A stretch of 64,000 nucleotides of DNA from Cenococcum geophilum (taxonomy: Eukaryota). Under the pieces are notes generated by a model that did not search any database, was not told the origin of the DNA, and was given only the letters and a program-made list of their open reading frames with translations. Location of the stretch: assembly GCA_050273025.1 (NCBI GenBank), contig CP158635.1:20646001-20710000 (forward strand). The letters run 5' to 3'. Shown piece after piece: positions 39,501 to 50,631 of this stretch. Positions within the stretch are counted from its first letter, which is position 1; each line of letters starts with the position of its first letter. A program made the translations under genes and the position numbers.

Positions 39501-41039
39501 TCCCTATATAAGAAACGGGTGTCTAAATTGTTATGTAATTAGTAAGGTAATATGCTTATTTCCTAGGGTAGTTACGGGGCCAATTAGGGTGTCCGTAACA
39601 TTATTGTAGTATACCTATAACCTATTTATATCTATAAAATAGAGTAGAAAGGGGGTATTTATTTTTACTACGTAAAAGTTAACTAGGCTAATTAGAGTCT
39701 TAACTTTAACTAATCTAATTAATGCGGTTAAGCCAATGCCAAATTAGACGTTTACGGCCCTAGTTTATATAATATTAATGTCCGTATTATTATTTATGGT
39801 GGTCCTATATATAAAGTATTATCCGTAGCCCGCGGTAGACTTCTTTAAGGCACCTATATCGATTATAACACCGTAGAATTCTTTAGAGGTATAGCGTTCT
39901 TTGGTAATATATGCAAATAGGTCCTATTCGTAGTCTATAATATCCGTAACGGGTCTAGCGGGTGTACTTATAGATTGGTTTTTAGGTGTAATTAAGTATA
40001 TAAATAAGCGGTCGGCTAATACGGTTGTAATATTAAAGGCTTAGCTGTCCGTAAAAGGTCCGAAAGTAGTTAGGAACATCTCTAAGGTCTCCTATTCCTA
40101 GTTATTTAAGTTAAAGTTAATTATAAGGGCTTCTATTAACTTATTAGGGGGCTCCTCTTCTTCCTTTCCTTCGTATTCTAAGATAAACTGGCTAATTCAT
40201 TTATTAAATCTCTTCTTAAACCTATTACGTTCTTCCTAGGTATGCCTTATAGACTAATATCCTTCCTTACCACATACGAAGCATTTCTGGCTTATTTGTC
40301 TGCGGGGGTATACTTTTATACGGGAGTTGCTATAGGGGTTATAAGTAGGACTTAGTCGGTATAGGTGCTGCTAGCGGTAACGGCGGTCCGTAAAGTAGAC
40401 GTTTAAGTCTATTTATGGATATTAAATATCCATAACAAAGGCTTTAGTGCTGCCTGGCGGGTTTAAGACTTTATATATTATAATAGAGGAGCGTAGATTA
40501 TTAATAAGGCCAGCTAAGGTATTTATAGGCTTATAGTAGGTATACTTATAGAGCTCTACTTTCTAGTAAGCCGTAATAAGTTTATTATATAGGAAGTTAT
40601 TTGTTTAAAGCTTAGCGTTAAAGCCGTGCTATAGGTGCCGAAGGTCTTTAATAAGGATTTGCAGACACTCTATAGTCGATTTTTCGGTATTCTTATCAAT
40701 TACGGTCCGTAGCTTGGTCGCATTCTATTAGGTAAAAATATTACGCTTATATTCCGGTCCTTTAAAGTAGTTATATATAGCTTTGCATAGCTTATTAAAT
40801 GGAACACCAAGGGGGTTACTCTTAAGGTTGGTATAGTAGTGGTTAAGGGCTAGGCCGCACAGTATAGTAGAGTAGGCTTAGCTAAACTTCCGTTTAGGAA
40901 TATTAGCCTTCTAATAAAGGTCCGTAAAGATGGTTAGTTTAAAATTAAAATTATCATTTTTGCTGCTGTATTTGGATTCGTTAGTATAGAGCTTAGCTAG
41001 GTTAGCTAGCTCCTTACCATAGGTCTTTACTTAGGTAGG

Positions 41040-41143
41040 TTGCGGATCTATAACTTACAGATCTATAGTTTGCGGATCTGTAGTTTACGGATATATAGCT
41101 TACAGATATATAGTTTGCGGATATATGGCTTGCGGATCTATGG
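41040..41143 (-). repeat. 15-bp tandem repeat within gag of E' (Q-T/A-I-D/Y-P units)
   Basis: ttgcggatctatagt-type units. The RIYGL ORF in the track is the antisense reading. Confidence 0.8.
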
Positions 41144-42465
41144 TTTAAATAACGGGGGTAATTTAGTCCGTATTTTGGTTTACAGGGGTGTTATGGTCCG
41201 TAGCTTAAGAGTAGGGTATATTTTGGCCAATAAGGTTAAGTCTAAAGCCGCTTGGGTTTATGGGACGAATTTGGTTAAGTAGGTTAGGTATAAGGCTAGC
41301 GATTATATTAAGTTTAAAAGAAGTAAAGAGTTCTTTAGTTTCTTAGAACTGGTCTAGGATTTCCTCTTTAGTCTATTCCGTTTGGTCCTTCTTATATACT
41401 ATATTGTATAAGGACTATATAATAGTAACTCGTTTATTCCTTTTAACCCATACACCTTAGTTATATAAGAGGGTCCGTAGGTTATAGATAGTAGTAGGGT
41501 TATATACTTTAAAGATAGCTTCCGTAAGGTCCGCGAAGTCTTTCTAGTATTACTCCTATAGGTCGACGTTTATAAGCTTAAAATATTCATATTTAAGAAC
41601 TTTAAATTTAATATAGTTGTTAACGTCAGGTATAGACGTAAGGTCGGCTCCCTACCTCCACTTTTCCTAGCCTTTATTGACTTGCTTCCTTAGGTCTGCC
41701 ATACTATATAGTGTAGTGTAGTACGTAGTGGGTGGAAGAGGTCTTATAGTGGTCCGTAAAGGTGGTTAATGTCCATAACGGTTTATAGAAGGGTAAGGGG
41801 TTTCTATAAGGTTTTATAACGGTCTATAGAGGTAATTAATAGGTCCGTAGTAGTTCGTAGAAGGGTAAGGGGTCTCCGTAAGGGGTCTGAGAGAGGTTAG
41901 AGGAATTGGGGGAGGGTGTAGTAGGAATAGGGGTTCGAGGTTTAAGGATAGGGGTTTGGTGTTTAAAGGAGGGTAGGGGGTTCCGTATAGGTCTGTATTC
42001 GCGTCTATTATACTTCCGGTAAACCGTACTAAGACTTAAATAAGTATATAGAGTTAGTGATAGTTCCGTAATCCCTAACTTCTAACCTTTTAGTAGGTCG
42101 TACTAGGAGTCTAAACGGGTAGTTACTGTCGTATATCGCTTAGGGGGAGGTGTTAAGTAATTGCTAATCTGTGCGCGCTTACTAATTAGTATTCGTACTA
42201 ATTTAATAGCATAAGTAAATTATATCCCGGGGCACAAAATACGTATAGTATCGTATACTCTTTAGGATGGTGGTAACTATTAATTATATAAAGCAGACTA
42301 CGTGGTCTATATACTAATGCACCTCCCCCCTAATTAGTTAGTGCTTTATAAGTGCACCAGACGCGTAAGCGAGTAGTTAGTGCACTAAACGCGTAAACGC
42401 GTACCTAGTATACCGAACGCATAAGCACGCGGTTGGTATAATAGGTGCTGTAATTATATAAATAC

Positions 42466-43254
42466 ATTATAGCAAATTTAGGTAAGTCCTTTAGTAGTTC
42501 TCTACCTACTAACTATACTTTAATTTTATCCAAAATAGCTTAATAGAGAGTAGTAACTCTAGCGGCTTAATTCTAATTCAGTTTACTAATAAGGCCTAAA
42601 AATTCCAAGAAGAAGCTAGTAAAGTCTCGGTTCCATTATTATAGGTTTTTAAGTTTAGTAATAGCTATATATTCGCGGCTGGCGTTATTATATATTTATT
42701 CTAGTAGAGAGATAAATATTTTAAAATTAACGAAGTTGCTATTATAAAAGAATAGGTCTATAGTTTATATAGTATTTTTACTTAAATAAGACATTCTATA
42801 GCCAATCTTGCTAGCTTTAGTAAGGTATTAGTTATAGTTTATTAAAAGTTTAAGACGGAGCTTAGTTATAAAGGGATATAGGTTATTTTAATTTCTATTA
42901 AATATTAGAGGGTTAGGGAGCTTTTTAGATTTTATAGTAAGTATTAAGTTTATTATAGGTATAGGTTAAGCTACTATTACTAGTTTAGGGTTTATATTTA
43001 ACGGGCCGGGTTTATATATAGTTATTTTAATTTTATTTATAGGTGTTATTATTAGGGTCTCTAATATAAGTGCTTTAAGGTTATAGAGTTCTTCGCGGAT
43101 TGCTCCTATTAATTGCTAGTACTAAGCTTCTAATATCGCTTGCTATTAGGCCAAAGTATTTATAAAAAACTATTATATTATAGTTAACTATTCCCTATCT
43201 AGGGCTATAATGCTTATAGTTAACACAGTAGGTTTAAGTTTATTTACTATTTTA
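42466..43254 (-). pseudogene. gag fragment of Gypsy H, the host of E, E' and D; continues at 21629-21688
   Basis: KSKKLPNPLIFNRN...FITKLRLKL...RDFTSFFLEF...LPKFAIMY continues in frame across the E' TSD into **INKDL* (de-RIP QQIDEDLR). Confidence 0.75.
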
Positions 43255-43530
43255 ATAGTTGTATAATTACAGCACCTGTCGTACCAACCGCGTGCCTACG
43301 CGTTTGGTACGCCAGGTACGCGTTTACGCGTTTGGTGCACCAGCCACTCGCTTACGCGTCTGGTGCACTTATAAAGCACTAACTAATTAGGGGGAGGACG
43401 CATTAGTATATAGACCACGTAGTCTACTTTAATACAATCGACAGTCACCACCGTCTAAATAAGCATACGATACCACACGTATTTCGTGCCCCTAGACACG
43501 ACTCACTTATACCATTAAATTGGTACCAAC

Positions 43531-43540
43531 ACTGATTAGT
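43531..43540 (+). promoter_or_regulatory. Palindromic site A-CTGATTAGT in place of a tRNA primer-binding site (Conserved Hairpin Site of fungal GalEa elements)
   Basis: Immediately follows the 5' LTR. E' has ACTAATTAGT at 42181-42190. Both fit RIP of ACTGATCAGT. Confidence 0.7.
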
Positions 43541-44632
43541 GAGCGCGCATAGATCAGGAGATACGCACTTACTTAGAAGACGTTTACGCTCCACCTTACA
43601 AGCCCCTATTTCAGTTAAAGAGAATTAAAGTACTCTAGATTTGGAAGACGTCTGACGCTCCATCTTACCTAAAATTACCTTAAATCTACCCTGGTTTTGG
43701 AAGACGTTTACGCTCCACCTTAATCAGAGATATTAACCACTATACCAGTAGTCAACGCAACCATATTAAGAACGCGATCACTAAGAACGCGACCACCTCG
43801 AACCCCAACCCTTACTACACCCTCTTTTAATACCTCCGACGTCTTTTAAACCCCTTACAGAGACCTCTTACCCTTCTGCGAACCGTTACGGACTCGTTAA
43901 TTACCTTTACGGACCATTATGGAGACCTCCTACCCCTCTACGGACCACTACGGACCTGTTAAGACCCCTTACGGACACCCTTACCCTCCTATAAACTACC
44001 ACGGACCCGCCAACCGCCTTTACGGACCACTACAAGACCTCTCCTACCCACTACGTACTATACTACACAATACAGTATAGCAGACCTAAGAAAGCAAGTT
44101 AATAAAGGTTAGGAAAAGTGGAGGTAGGGAGTTAACCTCACGTCTATACCTGACGTTAACAACTATATTAAATTCAAAGTTCTTAAATACGAATATTTTA
44201 AGCTTATAAACGTCAACCTATAGGAGCAATACTAGGAAGACTTCGCGGACTTTACGGAAGCTATCTTTAAAGCATGCAACCCTACTACCATCCGTAACCT
44301 ACGGACCCTCTTACGTAACTAAGGTATATAGGTTAAAAGGAATAAACGAGTTACTATTACATAGTCCTTATACAACATAATACACAAAAAGGACCAAACG
44401 GAATAAACTAAAGAGGAAATCCTAGACCAGTTCCAAGAAACTAAGGAACTCTTTACTTCTTCCAAACTTAATATAATCGCTAGCCTTATACCTAACCCAC
44501 TTAATTAAACTTATCCTACAAATCTAAGCAGTTTCGGAATTAATCTTACGGGCTAAAGCACACCTAGTACCCAAGTTACGGACCGTAATACCCCCGTAAA
44601 CCAAAATATGGACCAAAACCCTTCCGTTAATA

Positions 44633-44748
44633 AAGCTATAGATCCGTAACCTGCCCAAGTTATAGATCCGCAAGCTATATATCCGCAAACTATATATCCG
44701 TAAGCCATATATCCGCAAGCCATAAATCCACAAGTTATAGATCCGCAA
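44633..44748 (+). repeat. 15-bp tandem repeat within gag of E
   Basis: aagctatagatccgc-type units, homologous to 41040-41143. Confidence 0.8.
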
Positions 44749-47700
44749 CGCACCTAAGCAAAGACCTACGGTAAGGAACTAGCTAACCTAGCTAAACTCT
44801 ATACCGACGAATCTAAGTACAGCGGTAAAAACGACAATTTTGACTTTAAACTAACTATCTTTACGGACCTTTGCTAAAAGGCTAATATTCCTAAATAAGA
44901 GTTCAGCCAAGCCTACTCTACTATGCTGCGCGGCCTAGTACTCGACTACTACTACACTAACCTCAAGAATAAACCCCTTAGTGTTCCCTTTAATAAGCTA
45001 TGTAAAGCTACCCGTAACTACTTTAAAGGACCGGAATATAGGCGTGATATCCTTACCCAATGGAATGCAACCAAGCTACGGACCGTAATTAATAAGAACA
45101 CTAAAAAATCGACTATAGAGTGCCTGCAAATTTTCATTAAAGACCTCCGGCACCTATAGCACGGCCTTAACGCTAAGCTTTAAATAGACAACTTCCTGCA
45201 TAATAAACTAATTACGGCCTGCCAGGAAGTAGAGCCCTGTAAGTACGCCTATTATAAGCCTGCAGACACTTTAGCTGGCCTTATTAATGATCTACGCTCC
45301 TCTATTATAACGTACGAAGTCTTAAACCCACCAGGCAGCACTTAAGCCTTCATTACGGATATTTAATATCCGCAAATAGACTTAGATGTCTACTTTACGG
45401 ACCGCCGCTACCGCTAGCAGTACCTGTATCGACCAGGCCCTACCCGCAACCCCCGCAATAACTCCCGTACAAAAGTATACCCCTATAGACGAACCAGCCA
45501 GAAGTGCTTTATATGCGGTAAGGAAGGATGTTAGTCTATAAGGTATACCTAAAAAGAACGTAATAAGTTTAAGAAGAAATTTGACAATCGGATTAACTAG
45601 TTTATCTTAGACTACGAAGGAGAGGAAGCGGAGGAGTCTCTTGACGAGTCAATAGAAGCCCTTATAATTGACTTTAACTTAAATACTTAGGAACAGGAGA
45701 TCTCAGAGACGTTCCTAACCACTTACGGACCTTTTACGGACAACCAAACCTTTAATATCACGACCGTATTAGCCGACCGTTCCTTTATACACTTAATTGC
45801 ACCCGAAAACCAGCCCGCAAGCATACCTATTAGACCCATTATGGACGTTACGGACCGCGAATAGGACCCATTTGCATATATCACCACAGAACGCTATACC
45901 CCTAAAGAATTCTACAGCATTATAATTAATACAGGTACCTCTAAGAAGTCTACTACAGGTTACGGACAATACCTTGCATATAAGACCACCGTAAATAACA
46001 ATACGGACATTAATACTATGTAAACTGGGGCCGTAAACGTCCAATTCGGCATTAGCTTAACCGCATTAATTGGATTAGTTAAAGTTAAGACCCCAATTAG
46101 CCTAGTTAACTTCCACATAGTAAAAGCAGACACCCCTTTCCTACTCTGCCTTGCGGACATAGACAGACTATAGGTCTACTATAACAATATTACGGATACC
46201 CTAATTGGCCCCATAACTACCCTAGAAAGTAAGTATATTACCCTACCAATTATATAACGATTTGGACACCCGTTCCTTATATAGGGAGAAACTTTACGGA
46301 CCTATATTTAGGAATCTTTTAACCATAACCCGTGCTACCTTACCAGTACTAAGATCTACCGCCTATACCGCCGTTTCGGCTACCCGTTAGCCGAAAAGCT
46401 ATATAGAGTCCTTAAACGCTCCGGATATAACGACGTTAATAGGAAGGCAATCAACTACCTAATTAAATACTGCTCCTTTTGCTAGAAATACGGACGTTCC
46501 CTAGGCCGATTTAAGTTCACCCTTTATAAGGACCTTGACTTTAACCACTTAGTATACGTGGACATTATGTATATTAACGGCAGTCTAGTATTATATATAA
46601 TCGATAAGGCAACCCGCTACTAAGCCGCCCGTTAGTTGCAAAATATATCCATAAAATATACTTAGGATATTTTACGGACCTGCTGGATCGACATATACGT
46701 CGGACCTCCGCAGTATATCACCCACGACGCCGGTAGGAACTTCATTAGCAAGGAATTCCAGTAGTATGCTACGGCCATGGCTATATTAACAAAAGCTGTC
46801 CCAGTTAAGGCATATTGGTCCGTTAGGCTTATTAAGCGAGCTTACCTAGCCTTATGGAGAGCTTACTAGATTATTACGGACGAATGTAAGGATATCTAAA
46901 AGGAACTGGCCCTACAAATAGCCGTAAAAGCCGTTAACGACACCGCTGGCCCTAACGGATTAGTACCCACCCTCTTAGTCTACGGAGCCTACCCAAAGAT
47001 AAGCAACCTAGATCCTCCTGCCCCGTCTATTACGGAACGAGCAGCTGCAATACGGAAGGCGATGGCCGAGATAGTCAAGCTACGGGCTAAACAAACTATT
47101 AATAACGCCCTGCACTACTATAATGGACCTAACACGACCTTAGTATACGACCTCCTGCTTAACTCTGAAGTCCTTATATGGCGTAAAAGCGGCAAGTGGA
47201 CTGGACCCTACCGTTTACTAGCTGTAGAAAACGAGACGTGCTATATACAACTTCCTAGCGGCCTAACTAGCTTTAGGAGCACGTTTATAAAACCCTACTT
47301 TCGGCCCAAAGACACCCATGACGTTAAGCTAGACGAACTAGAAGCAACTACTAAGCTAGATAAACCGGAGGTAACCGCCAAACTAGACAAACCAGAAGCG
47401 ACCGCCGAATTAGACGAGCTAGAAGCACCCTTGCCTACCCTAAAAGTCCCCTAGAAACCTACTAAACCCGCTATACCTACTATAAAGCGCGGTTAAGGAC
47501 GCCCCTAAAAGCACCCCGTAACTAAGAATACTATAACAGAGACTTACCTAACCTCCACAGGAATATCCGCAAGGCAATCTCCGCCTGCGGATATATTAGT
47601 TCTAGTATAGGAAACCCCCTTTACGGACTTACGACGTAAAGAGATTAACGGACTACTTAAAAAGGGCGTCTTTGCGGTTATAACGGAGAAAGACGTTCCG

Positions 47701-49669
47701 CAAGGCGTCCGTATATTTAACTTACGCTTTGTTAACGAAATTAAGCACCTAGGTACTAACAAAGCTTTTAAAAAATTAAGGCTTATCGTACAAGCCTACA
47801 ATGACTAAGGGAAGGGCTTAGTCCTTACGCAATCGCCTACAATTTAACGAGTTAGCTAACGGATTATACTTGCACTTACGCCTGGACTACAGCAAAGTAA
47901 ACCCGTAGCCCTTTATCTACGGGATATCTCGCAAGCCTATATGCAGTCTAATACCTACCTAAGCAGAGACATCTTTATACGGCTACCCCCTGAGCTTAAC
48001 CTACAACTAGGAACAATCCTACGGGTCGTAAAACCTCTATACGGAGTACCGGAAGCTAGAAACCATTGGTTTAAGACATACCACCAGCATTACGTTAGTA
48101 AGCTTAAAATAGAACAGTCGACCTATGACCCTTACCTCCTATACAGCCCATTAAACGGCCTTAGTATTGTTAGACTCTAAACAGATAATACCCTATTCCT
48201 AGCAGACCAGACCTTTATAGATGCTAAAGAAACTAAACTATAAAAGGCCAAGTTCTTGGCAAAGCCGCGAGAGTAGTTAACTAAGTAGAATCCGATTAAG
48301 TTTAATGGAGGCCTAATTATATAAAAGGGCAACCTAATTAAGCTGACTTAGGAACGCCAAGCTTAAAACCTAAAGCCCGTTATAGCAAAGCCTACGGACC
48401 TCACTAGTTCCCGCGGAGAGACCCGTAAGACCGTAAATACGAAGGATTAATACGCTGCACAGCGTGTAAGGGGCGCCTATATTGCCACAGTCTGTCAACC
48501 TAAATCTGCCTACGACTTGTCCTTTGCGGCCCAGGCAGTAGATCCGCAAGAAGAAAATATTAAGTAGCTTAATAAGCGCATTTAGTGGCAAATTAATAAT
48601 GTAGCAAGGGGACTTACTTTCGTACCACTAGACCTAAGTTCCCTTAGCTTACTAGCATTTACGGACGCCTTCTTTGCCAATAACAAAGACCTATTATTAC
48701 AAATTGGCTTTATAATTGTACTTATAGACCACAATTAGGACGCAAATATACTGTACTGGTCTTTAATTAAATGCAAACGAGTAACCCGCAGCGTACTAGC
48801 TTCCGAACTATACGCACTAGCTTATAGCTTTAATATAGCAGCCGTAATCAAATTAACAGTCTAGAAGATCCTATAACTGGAGCAGTTACCCCTAGTTTTA
48901 TATACCGATTTAAAGTCCCTCTACGACTGCCTAGTTAAACTAGGTACGACACAAGAGAAGAGGCTTATGGTCGACTTAATGTGCTTACGTCAGGCCTATA
49001 AACAACGTGAAATTGCGGAGGTTAAATGGATTAGCGGCAGAAATAACCTAGTAGACGCCATAACTAAGGCAAAGCCGTGTTAAGCCCTTAAAACCCTAAT
49101 TAATATAAATAAGCTTAACCTAGAAGTCATAGAATGGGTGGAATGAGACTGACGGAGCATCTACGGAACGCCTACGGCCCGTTAAAAGGCCGTACGATTC
49201 ATTTTACGGACCGTAAGCAGGACTTACGACCAGCTTGGGGCACCGTTTGGAAGGCAGCCCAGAAGGCACCTTGGGAGGAGTTTCCTATATATTTTCTTTT
49301 GTGTTTTATGGTTCTATTAAAGCAATTACGGAGACTATACACAAGTGGCTTCATTTTTCAAGTACCGCCAGTGTATAATTACAGCACCTGTCGTACCAAC
49401 CGCGTGCCTACGCGTTCGGTACGCCAGGTACGCGTTTACGCGTTTGGTGCACCAGCCACTCGCTTACGCGTCTGGTGCACTTATGAAGCACTGACTAATT
49501 AGGGGGAGGACGCATTAGTATATAGACCACGTAGTCTACTTCAATACAATTGACAGTCACCACCGTCTAAATGAGCATACGATACCACACGTATTTCGTG
49601 CCCCTAGACACGACTCACTTATACCATTAAATTGGTACCAACAATAGTAGTTATTTTAACGTAACGTAA

Positions 49670-49974
49670 TATAAGGGCGCGAAGAGACTTTAGGGAAGAT
49701 TTAAAGGAATAATATATATTTTACTTAAACCTAAGGGTATATAGCTCTCGCTAAAAATAAGACGTTGCGTAAAGAAGAGAAAGGAATAATAAGAGAATTA
49801 TATAATTAAATAGTTAGAGGCTTAGTGGTTAATGCGTGTGTATATACGCACGCGGTCTTTAACGGACTTTAGTAGAATTTAATTAATTTAGCAGAATTTG
49901 GTTAAAGCGTCGGAATTTATCTATTAAGTGTTTTACTAAGACATTCCTACTATAACTAGGCTAGTTTTGTTATA
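49670..49974 (-). repeat. 5' LTR of Gypsy H
   Basis: Reverse complement of the 197-482 LTR family. On the minus strand it is followed by a short leader, the E insertion and then gag. Confidence 0.8.
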
Positions 49975-50631
49975 AACCCGCTAGTAACCTACTAGTAGTA
50001 ACCTATACTAATAACTTATATACTATTCTATATATATACTCTATAGATAATACGCAAGGCTAAAGTATAAATTAGTAATGGGTTTAATAGGTATATAGCC
50101 TCACCGTTTATAAATCTAGCTGTATATAAATAACCTATAACCTACCCGTAAGGTACTAGTAACCTACCTATATAAATAAGCTTTTAGAATATTTCTAATT
50201 TTCTAATAATCTTCTAAATTTGGGCAATAGTATTAAGCCCTAGCTCTACCCATTAAATAGACTAATTAGGATTTTCTATACCAAGTATAAAAAATTGCTA
50301 TTAACTTAGTTAAATGCGGAGAAGTCTTAGTAAGGCAAATCTAACTAATTAGACAACTTTAACCACTAGTTAAAGTTCCTTAACATTTTCGCGCCACGTA
50401 TATATACCACCTATCTCTCTATACGCAAAATTAAGACGCTCTTTCCCCTCTAAAATTTTTCCTTATTAAGGCTTAAGTATATAAAGGATTGGGGATAATC
50501 CTTTTAAAAAGGAGGATATTATTAGGTAAAACCTAAGTAGATAGTTATATAGGTATAAAGTACGGGCGACCTAGGGGTAACTTACCTATAAGGTATATAC
50601 GCTATATATACCTAAGGAAAACCCTTTCTAC

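Larger units (their letters stand above)
21689..42460 (-). mobile_element. Ty1/Copia element E' (GalEa-like), complete, carrying nested elements F and G in its 3' UTR
   Basis: 271-bp LTRs at 21689-21959 and 42190-42460. TSD AATAC (21684-21688, 42461-42465). Internal region about 36545-42189 is homologous to element E. Confidence 0.93.
43260..49643 (+). mobile_element. Ty1/Copia element E (GalEa-like), complete, moderately RIP-mutated
   Basis: 272-bp LTRs at 43260-43531 and 49372-49643, differing by about 6 transitions. TSD ATAGT. CFICGKEGC in gag, integrase ITHDAGRNF, RT KPLYGVPEA, RNase H TDAFFANNKD and KCKRVTRSVLASELYA. Confidence 0.95.

Noticed and set aside
41040..41282. RIYGL/RIYSL pentapeptide-repeat ORFs (also 44524-44748 and 44553-44753)
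   Set aside because: Antisense readings of the 15-bp tandem repeat in Copia gag.
43576..43722. CRISPR-like repeat-spacer look (three 23-bp repeats)
   Set aside because: Fungal retrotransposon leader, only three imperfect repeats, unequal spacers and no cas genes.
49134..49502. 122-aa ORF
   Set aside because: Spans the 3' UTR and LTR of Copia E, no recognisable domain, and not seen as an ORF in E'.
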